A stretch of 34,624 nt of DNA, taken from positions 1 to 34,624 of the forward strand of contig CAMHER010000001.1 in the NCBI GenBank assembly GCA_946184215.1. The letters run 5' to 3'. Every line of letters starts with the position of its first letter. The stretch's first letter is position 1. Positions 28,774 to 34,624 of the stretch are shown here, piece by piece. The translations under genes and the position numbers were made by a program. Source of the stretch: an uncultured Clostridia bacterium (GTDB lineage: Bacteria > Bacillota > Clostridia > Oscillospirales > Oscillospiraceae). A model generated the notes under the pieces. It made no database searches. It was not told the origin of the DNA and saw nothing but the letters and a program-made list of their open reading frames with translations.

Positions 28774-29451
28774 TTACAACGAACGAATATATACGATATT
28801 ACTGACAAGACTTCCGCTATGATGCCGGATATAAGAGAGATATTCCTGTCTGTCAATATAATACTCTCGACCCCATGAGGAGATCCGGAAGTGGGTATCG
28901 TCCATGCCGGTAACGGTTACATAGTGTGATTTGATCGAGCAGGCGCGTTTCATTTCGCCATATGAAATCTGCACATAAAAGTTCAGTTCATTTTTTTGCC
29001 AAAGCAGTGGAAAGTTAGGCCCGATGGAAAGAATCACCGGAATGTCACGCGAGAGCATATCCGCGATCCGCTCTGCTAAATGACGGCTTCCCGCGCCCCA
29101 GCTTGCACGAAAAGGAAAGTGATACCTGCGAAAAAACACATTCAGTCCGGCAGTGAGCATCAGGCCGTTGATCCCAAGTTTTGGAATGATTGGGAAAAAG
29201 CGGCGAGAGAGAGACCTTGCCAATTCGTCGTATTCTTTTTCATCAATGCTTCCATCGTCAAGGGCGGCGGAAAACATTTCACACCGGCTTCCCAAATGGA
29301 CCCTGTTAAGATACAGCAGCAGATCTAAAGCTGCGATCACACCGCAGCCGACCTCGCGCATTGTTTTGGAGGCCGAATACATTTGACTGCCGCCAAATGT
29401 CCTCGTCTGTCCGTTTCGCACAGAAATATAGGCATGTCTAATCTGCATCAT
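28774..29451 (-). CDS. Hypothetical cytoplasmic protein, possibly a C39-like/papain-fold Cys-His enzyme
   Basis: 225 aa with no signal peptide. GGSQ...EVGCGVIAALDLLLYL resembles the C39 Gln/Cys-Gly active-site helix, and KSHYVTVTGMDD resembles the C39 H[FY]VV motif. The function is my guess only. Confidence 0.6.
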   Translation of the reverse strand: MMQIRHAYISVRNGQTRTFGGSQMYSASKTMREVGCGVIAALDLLLYLNRVHLGSRCEMFSAALDDGSIDEKEYDELARSLSRRFFPIIPKLGINGLMLTAGLNVFFRRYHFPFRASWGAGSRHLAERIADMLSRDIPVILSIGPNFPLLWQKNELNFYVQISYGEMKRACSIKSHYVTVTGMDDTHFRISSWGREYYIDRQEYLSYIRHHSGSLVSNIVYIRSL

Positions 29452-29578
29452 GGTTTTGTCCTTCTTTTTTGATGGTACACCGAATCTGCTGTTTCTATTG
29501 ACAACATTACCATAAACATTTTCTTTCGGAAAGAGGCAAAATGCTCTTTTGAGGACAGGAAAATTTATGAAGTATCTC

Positions 29579-29607
29579 TTGTCTTCTTGATGAACGCTTG
29601 CTATAAT
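29579..29607 (+). promoter_or_regulatory. Sigma-A type promoter upstream of the PT-repeat protein gene
   Basis: TTGTCT (29579-29584), 17-bp spacer, TATAAT (29602-29607). Confidence 0.45.
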
Positions 29608-29669
29608 ATAAAAAAATTCCGATTATCTGTCGGTAAATATATGGCATTATCCATCAAGGAGAATATAAA

Positions 29670-30320
29670 ATGAGCAAAAGAGAACACGCAAAGAGACGGG
29701 ATCGAATCGAATTAACCATTGTCATTTTGATTTTTGTTATTCTACTGCTGATTATTGGATTCCTTCTCTACCGCATCATGCATTCCAATGTCACCGCGCC
29801 GAGCATTCTTCCCACCGCTGCTCCTGCTGCCCAAACCGTTACAGAAGTAACGCCGAGTCCCGTTTCTACGCCGGAACCCACGCCGGAACCCACGCCGGAG
29901 CCGACCCCGGAACCCACGCCGGAGCCGACCCCCGAACCTGAGCCTACTCCCGAACCTACTCCCGATCCCGCACAGTATATCAATATTGCAACGTCAAAGA
30001 CGATAACAATCACAAAACAGCCGGGCGGAGAATCCCTTCGTGCCGGTAACAACGTGGTTTTTGTCGCTCACGCGACGAATGCCGTTTCCAGGGAATGGCG
30101 TTTTGTCTCGCCGGATTACGATCGCGAGATCGTGTGGAACGAGCAGGAAATCAAAGCCGAATTCCCCGGCATAAACTGCACGGACGGAGATCAGGATACC
30201 TTCATCATCTACAGTGTTCCGAAAGAACTGGATGGGTGGTATGCCGTATGTCTGTATACTGACAATGCCGGCGGAAAACTTGCAACCGAAGGTGCAAAGG
30301 TGAATGTTACAGCTCCCTGA
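29670..30320 (+). CDS. Membrane-anchored protein with a (T/E)P repeat linker and a C-terminal Ig-like beta domain
   Basis: The basic N-terminus is followed by a TM helix (LTIVILIFVILLLIIGFLLY) and a TPEPTPEP... linker. The C-terminal domain of about 110 aa, ITKQPGGESLRAGNNVVFVAHATNAVSREWRFVSPD...GWYAVCLYTDNAGG...AKVNV, has an Ig-like strand pattern. AAGGAG RBS. Confidence 0.8.
   Translation: MSKREHAKRRDRIELTIVILIFVILLLIIGFLLYRIMHSNVTAPSILPTAAPAAQTVTEVTPSPVSTPEPTPEPTPEPTPEPTPEPTPEPEPTPEPTPDPAQYINIATSKTITITKQPGGESLRAGNNVVFVAHATNAVSREWRFVSPDYDREIVWNEQEIKAEFPGINCTDGDQDTFIIYSVPKELDGWYAVCLYTDNAGGKLATEGAKVNVTAP
29868..29969 (+). repeat. In-frame tandem 12-nt repeat (ACGCCGGAACCC and variants) encoding the TPEP linker
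   Basis: About 8 consecutive 12-nt units read directly from the sequence (ACGCCGGAACCC x2, ACGCCGGAGCCG, ACCCCGGAACCC, ACGCCGGAGCCG, ACCCCCGAACCT, GAGCCTACTCCC, GAACCTACTCCC). Confidence 0.9.
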
Positions 30321-30387
30321 AGCCGGCGAAATACCCGTTTTTCCATAGGCGCTGCCGGAACCATTTCATTCATATTGTTTTTTAATC

Positions 30388-30430
30388 AGAGACGACAGGC
30401 CTTTTCGGCCTGTCGTCTCTTTCTTCCTTT
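30388..30430 (+). terminator. Intrinsic terminator after the PT-repeat protein gene
   Basis: Perfect 14-bp stem AGAGACGACAGGCC / GGCCTGTCGTCTCT with loop TTTTC, followed by TTCTTCCTTT. Confidence 0.8.
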
Positions 30431-30448
30431 GCCCCTTATCTTTTTCTG

Positions 30449-30477
30449 ATGACAAGCAGGTCGAAAAGTGTTATGAT
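30449..30477 (+). promoter_or_regulatory. Sigma-A type promoter upstream of the MBOAT gene
   Basis: ATGACA (30449-30454), 17-bp spacer ending in TGT (extended -10), TATGAT (30472-30477). Confidence 0.4.
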
Positions 30478-30502
30478 ATAGAAGATAGATTATAAAGGAT
30501 GG

Positions 30503-31930
30503 ATGGATTTGGTTTTCAGCTCTGCAATATTCCTTTTTGTTTTTTTGCCGGCGGTGTTTATTCTCTACCGGCTTGTTCCGTCGCGCACAGGGAAAAATGT
30601 GCTGCTGGCTGCTTCAAGCATCGTGTTTTATGCGTTCGGACAGCTTACCTATGTACCGCTTTTCCTTACATCGATTCTGATCAACTATGTTTCCGGTATC
30701 CTTTTGACACATTCTCGCAAATACAGGCGCCTCATTCTTGCGCTGTCTGTTTTTCTGAATATTGGGATTCTGGGAATATTTAAGTATACTGACTTTATTA
30801 TCGCAAATCTGAACCGTGCTTTTTCTCTTTCCCTTCCTTACGCCGGGATTGTTCTTCCGATCGGCATCTCTTTTTTTACCTTTCAGGGATTATCCTATAC
30901 GATCGACGTTTATCGGGACAAAGGAAACGGCACCGGCAACTTTCTGAAGCTTCTGGTCTACATCTCCTTTTTCCCCCAACTGATTGCCGGGCCGATCGTA
31001 AAATATCATGATATTTCCGCTCAAATCGACGAGAGAAGCTGCACACCGGAGGAGACCGCTCTGGGGGTTCGCCGTTTCCTATGCGGCCTGAGCAAGAAAA
31101 TACTGCTTGCCAATCCGATCGGATTAATAGCCGATCGGGTATTTAACGACTACCTCCCAAACGGGATCCATGATTGGCGCCTGATGTGGCTCGGCGCGAT
31201 CTGCTACACCCTACAGATCTACTATGATTTCAGCGGATACAGCGATATGGCCATCGGTTTGGGACATATGTTCGGCTTTACGTTTAACGAAAACTTTCTT
31301 TATCCCTACGGTTCGTCTTCCCTGAAGGAGTTCTGGCGCAGATGGCATATATCCTTGTCCTCCTGGTTCAAGGAGTATCTCTATATCCCGCTCGGTGGAA
31401 ACCGGAAGGGGAGGATCCGGACGCTCTTCAACAAAATGTTTGTCTTCTTTTGCACTGGCATCTGGCACGGTGCCAACTGGACGTTTGTTCTGTGGGGTTT
31501 CGGACATGGACTCTTATCAAGTCTTGAGGATTTGGGCGTGATCCCGGTTAAAAGGCTGAATGCAAGTCGTGCCGGACGCATCTTTTCCAAAATCTACACA
31601 CTCTTTGCCGTCATGCTGCTCTTTGTCGTCTTCCGTGCGGACTCAATTCCTGATGCCTTTAGCCTGATTCGCTATATGTTTTCGGGTTCCGCTGATTTGT
31701 ACGGGACGTATCTTTTCAAGTCTCTGCTGAATCCGGCCGCCTGTACGATCCTTCTGATCGCCTTGCTTTTTGCAGGCAATCTTCCCCGCTATATCCGGTC
31801 GGTAATAGGGGACAGCATGTGTGAAAGGCATCAGGGCTTTGTCAATCTGTTTTATCTTTTTTTATATATTCTTTGCGTTATGAGCCTTGCACGCGGCGGC
31901 TTCAATCCGTTTATCTATTTTCAGTTTTAG
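30503..31930 (+). CDS. MBOAT-family membrane O-acyltransferase (AlgI/DltB/PatA-like)
   Basis: Polytopic, 475 aa. FSSAIFLFVFLP N-terminus, QIYYDFSGYSDMAIG, WRRWHISLSSWFKEYLYIPLGGNR and the conserved-His segment GIWHGANW are MBOAT hallmarks. Confidence 0.9.
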   Translation: MDLVFSSAIFLFVFLPAVFILYRLVPSRTGKNVLLAASSIVFYAFGQLTYVPLFLTSILINYVSGILLTHSRKYRRLILALSVFLNIGILGIFKYTDFIIANLNRAFSLSLPYAGIVLPIGISFFTFQGLSYTIDVYRDKGNGTGNFLKLLVYISFFPQLIAGPIVKYHDISAQIDERSCTPEETALGVRRFLCGLSKKILLANPIGLIADRVFNDYLPNGIHDWRLMWLGAICYTLQIYYDFSGYSDMAIGLGHMFGFTFNENFLYPYGSSSLKEFWRRWHISLSSWFKEYLYIPLGGNRKGRIRTLFNKMFVFFCTGIWHGANWTFVLWGFGHGLLSSLEDLGVIPVKRLNASRAGRIFSKIYTLFAVMLLFVVFRADSIPDAFSLIRYMFSGSADLYGTYLFKSLLNPAACTILLIALLFAGNLPRYIRSVIGDSMCERHQGFVNLFYLFLYILCVMSLARGGFNPFIYFQF

Positions 31931-31943
31931 GGGGGAAGGCCGA

Positions 31944-33302
31944 TTGAGTAAGAAAACATTTTCCATCCTGTTTATTACGCTCTTTGTCTTCCTCAGCATT
32001 TGTCCCGTTGCGGGCATTCTTGTTTTTGGTCAAAGCAAAGCCGTTGCCAATGAAGTGCAGACGAGACCGCCAAAGCTGTTCCGCGGCGACGGAAGCTTCA
32101 ACACTTCCGTTACGAAGGATATAACAGATTACGTTGCGGACCATTTTGCCTTTCGCAATCAGCTGATCAATGCCTGGGCTGAACTGAACAGCACGGTTTT
32201 CCGTATTTCTGCTGAGGAGCAGGTCATTCTCGGAACAGACGGCTGGCTTTACTATTCCTCAACTGTGGATGATTACATGGGCAGGGGAATGGGAGACGCG
32301 GAGCTGCGCCTTATTGCCCGAAACCTTTCTCTCATGCAAGAGTATGCTGAAAAATGCGGCGTGGAATTTTTCTTTACCATTGCGCCCAATAAAAACAGTT
32401 TGTATCCTGAGCATATGCCCGCCTTTATTCCGCGTGCTCAGGATGCGTCAAACGCATCCCGCATTCGGCCCATGCTTGATGAATATGGGGTCCGATATAT
32501 TGACCTGTTTGCGCCGTTTTCCGACGAAAACGAGATCCTGTATTATCGAACCGACTCCCACTGGACAGATCGGGGGGCAGCGCTCGCTGCGGATATCCTG
32601 TTAAGTGAAATGAAAAGAGATACTTCTTATTTCACCAGCGCTTTTTCGCCCGGTGATCCGCACCGGGGAGACTTGTATGACATGCTTTATCCGACCGGGA
32701 AAAAGGCGGAGATGGCACAATGTTATGCGCCGGGCTTTTCCTTTGCTCTTGACGGCAATGCCGACGGCGGAAACGCGCTGACCCTTCACACGCTTAACGG
32801 CGAAAAAAACGGCAAACTGCTTTGCTGGCGCGACTCCTTCGGCGTTTCACTTTATCCCTATCTGGCAGACAGCTTTTCCGAGTCCTTCTTTTACCGTGAG
32901 GCAGCCTACCATCTCACACGAATGGAAAGCGCGCATTCTGATACGGTTCTGATTGAACTTGTAGAAAGGAATCTTGACTGGCTGCTCAGCTACGTTCCGG
33001 TTTTTCCTGCGCCGCAGCGTCAGATCAGTCTTGACCTGGCGGTTTCATCCGAACAGATCATATCCGCTGCAACCAGACCCGACAAAGAGAGCGGTCTAAT
33101 CTGTGTCTCAGGTGAAATACCGGAAGATCGCATACCGGATTCTGTTTATGTCAGGGCAGGGGATTGCCTGTATGAGGCATATCTTACCAAAAAAGACGGA
33201 AAGTGGGCTTTCCATGCTTATCTGGAAGAGGGGAGCGAGGCCAATGGCCTGTATCTCGCGTGTCAGAATGAGCTTGTGTTTTATCCAGTCGAAAAACAAT
33301 AG
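31944..33302 (+). CDS. AlgJ/AlgX-like (DHHW/SGNH-like) extracytoplasmic O-acyltransferase partner
   Basis: N-terminal signal-anchor (FSILFITLFVFLSICPVAGILVF), the YYRTDSHWTDRGAALAA motif (D-x-H-W of the AlgJ/AlgX_N family), and position 13 nt after the MBOAT gene. I prefer TTG 31944 with a GGGGGGAAGG RBS; the track ORF starts at 31887. Confidence 0.75.
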   Translation: MSKKTFSILFITLFVFLSICPVAGILVFGQSKAVANEVQTRPPKLFRGDGSFNTSVTKDITDYVADHFAFRNQLINAWAELNSTVFRISAEEQVILGTDGWLYYSSTVDDYMGRGMGDAELRLIARNLSLMQEYAEKCGVEFFFTIAPNKNSLYPEHMPAFIPRAQDASNASRIRPMLDEYGVRYIDLFAPFSDENEILYYRTDSHWTDRGAALAADILLSEMKRDTSYFTSAFSPGDPHRGDLYDMLYPTGKKAEMAQCYAPGFSFALDGNADGGNALTLHTLNGEKNGKLLCWRDSFGVSLYPYLADSFSESFFYREAAYHLTRMESAHSDTVLIELVERNLDWLLSYVPVFPAPQRQISLDLAVSSEQIISAATRPDKESGLICVSGEIPEDRIPDSVYVRAGDCLYEAYLTKKDGKWAFHAYLEEGSEANGLYLACQNELVFYPVEKQ

Positions 33303-33325
33303 TTTTCCAAAGGAGTTAATCAATC

Positions 33326-34243
33326 ATGCTTGAATTTTTGAAGCGGGAAGGCATCAAGCGGGATATTCTCCAGGAGATTGAGGAATTCAGATCGATCTAT
33401 CCGCTGGAAGATATTACCCATTATCGCGTACCGACGCCGACCTACCACTACTACGGAAAAGAGATTTGGGAAAAGGCGCTTACTGCGCTTCTCTCCGGAG
33501 AAAACTTACTTTTAGTGGGGCCGAAAGCAACCGGGAAAAATGTTCTTGCGGAAAATCTCGCCGCTGTTTTTTCGCGTCCGGAATGGGATATTTCATTTTA
33601 TCTGAACACGGATGCCGCCTCCCTGATTGGCACAGATACCTTTCGCAACGGGGAGGTGACGCTGCGTCACGGCCCGATTTTTCAGTGTGCCGAAATGGGC
33701 GGCTTTGGCGTATTGGATGAAATCAATATGGCGAAAAACGAATCTCTTGCCGTACTCCACGCCACCCTTGATTTCCGTCGGATCATAGATGTCCCTGGCT
33801 ATGACAGGATCACTCTGCACCCGGCAACACGTTTTATCGCGACCATGAATTATGGCTATGCCGGCACCAGAGAGCTTAACGAGGCGCTGATGAGCCGCTT
33901 TATGGTCATCAATATGCCGCTGATATCACAGGAAAATCTGAAAAAGCTTCTGCTGGCGCAGTATCCTAACTTGAAAGAAGTGTATGCCGAGCAGTTTTGT
34001 GCCCTTTTTGAGGAAATCAGGAAAAAATGTGAAAGCGGCGAGATCTCCACAAAAGCACTCGATTTGAGAGGGCTGATCGCTTCCATAAAACTGATCCGAA
34101 ACGGGCTGAACACAGCTCAAGCGCTTGAAATGGGAATTATCAATAAATCAACAGATGATTTTGAGCGGCAGCTGGTATCTGACATCGTCGCGGCCCGTAT
34201 CTCCGGTCAACTGACCGCAGCAGACCTGTTCGATGTGAAATGA
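33326..34243 (+). CDS. AAA_5 (MoxR-class; NorQ/CbbQ/YojN-like) ATPase
   Basis: P-loop LLLVGPKATGKN (atypical Asn after Lys), Walker B FGVLDEINMA, sensor-1 FIATMN; 305 aa. AAAGGAG RBS, 23 nt after the upstream gene. Confidence 0.85.
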   Translation: MLEFLKREGIKRDILQEIEEFRSIYPLEDITHYRVPTPTYHYYGKEIWEKALTALLSGENLLLVGPKATGKNVLAENLAAVFSRPEWDISFYLNTDAASLIGTDTFRNGEVTLRHGPIFQCAEMGGFGVLDEINMAKNESLAVLHATLDFRRIIDVPGYDRITLHPATRFIATMNYGYAGTRELNEALMSRFMVINMPLISQENLKKLLLAQYPNLKEVYAEQFCALFEEIRKKCESGEISTKALDLRGLIASIKLIRNGLNTAQALEMGIINKSTDDFERQLVSDIVAARISGQLTAADLFDVK

Positions 34244-34624
34244 ACGAGGTAAGCGAGCTTCAAAAAAGAAGAGCGGAAAATATGATCTGGAATGCGGCGC
34301 AGAATCATACCTTTACGCCGGATTTCAAGGCATATGATCAGAACGCCTGCGCAGATCTCTATTGGAATACCGTAATCGGAGCGGTTCGCCGTCACTACGA
34401 TTATCCGAAAATCGAGGCTGTTTTTCGTTCATTTCAGGAAGACGAGGATTCAGATGTCTATGAAGGTCTCCTCTGGCTGGGCCTTGAAAATGCCGTTTTT
34501 GAAAAAGAAAAAGAAGAGCGTCCTGTCTTAACTTCGCTGCGTGAGGAATACGCCAGGCGCTATGTTTCCAATCTGCGAACAACACATGATCTCCCGCTCC
34601 TTGATGCCATGTCATACGCGCATT
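34240..34624 (+). CDS. Partner protein of the AAA_5 ATPase, N-terminal 128 codons only (possibly NorD/YojO-like VWA protein; 3' end outside window)
   Basis: Not in the ORF track because no stop lies within the window. ATG 34240 overlaps the ATPase stop (ATGA). I translated it as MNEVSELQKRRAENMIWNAAQNHTFTPDF... with no stop up to base 34624. The VWA assignment rests only on the usual MoxR/VWA gene pairing. Confidence 0.55.
   Translation, partial: MNEVSELQKRRAENMIWNAAQNHTFTPDFKAYDQNACADLYWNTVIGAVRRHYDYPKIEAVFRSFQEDEDSDVYEGLLWLGLENAVFEKEKEERPVLTSLREEYARRYVSNLRTTHDLPLLDAMSYAH

Noticed and set aside
29768-30052. Minus-strand ORF encoding a (GSGV)n repeat
   Set aside because: It is simply the reverse complement of the TPEP repeat of the plus-strand gene, which has an RBS, promoter, TM anchor and terminator.

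Overview
This window looks like chromosomal DNA from a spore-forming Firmicute of the class Clostridia. That assignment is an inference from gene content (spoVM, a SipL-like DUF3794/LysM protein, cotJ genes) and mid-range GC. Bases 1-27000 are an unbroken plus-strand run of core genes: mreB (partial), ispD, ispF, a DUF3343 protein with a cysteine desulfurase-family protein, cdaA, cdaR, an RseC-like protein, yicC, remA, gmk, rpoZ, priA, def, fmt, rsmB, rlmN, a PP2C phosphatase, the PASTA kinase prkC and rsgA. A small sporulation module follows (a 50-codon ORF, a 26-codon spoVM, a sipL-like gene). Then come yebC, pcp, RNase P RNA on the minus strand, murD, a ynbB-like gene, ligA and a cotJ operon in which CotJA and CotJB are one reading frame. 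From about 27 kb the content looks more accessory. It holds a GPH-family sugar symporter and an orphan Cys/His protein on the minus strand, a membrane-anchored protein with a Pro/Thr/Glu repeat and an Ig-like domain, and a tightly packed plus-strand cluster: MBOAT acyltransferase, AlgJ/AlgX-like protein, NorQ/YojN-like AAA_5 ATPase, and a partner CDS cut by the window edge. I saw no rRNA, tRNA, CRISPR array, transposase, integrase or phage genes. Four items seem most worth follow-up. (1) An unlisted spoVM sits next to sipL, with a sigma-E-consensus promoter nested in the rsgA terminator. (2) Six contiguous perfect hairpins lie downstream of cotJC. (3) The O-acyltransferase pair is apparently co-operonic with a MoxR-type ATPase module. 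(4) CotJA and CotJB are fused. All functional calls come from reading the supplied translations and recalling motifs; no database search was possible.
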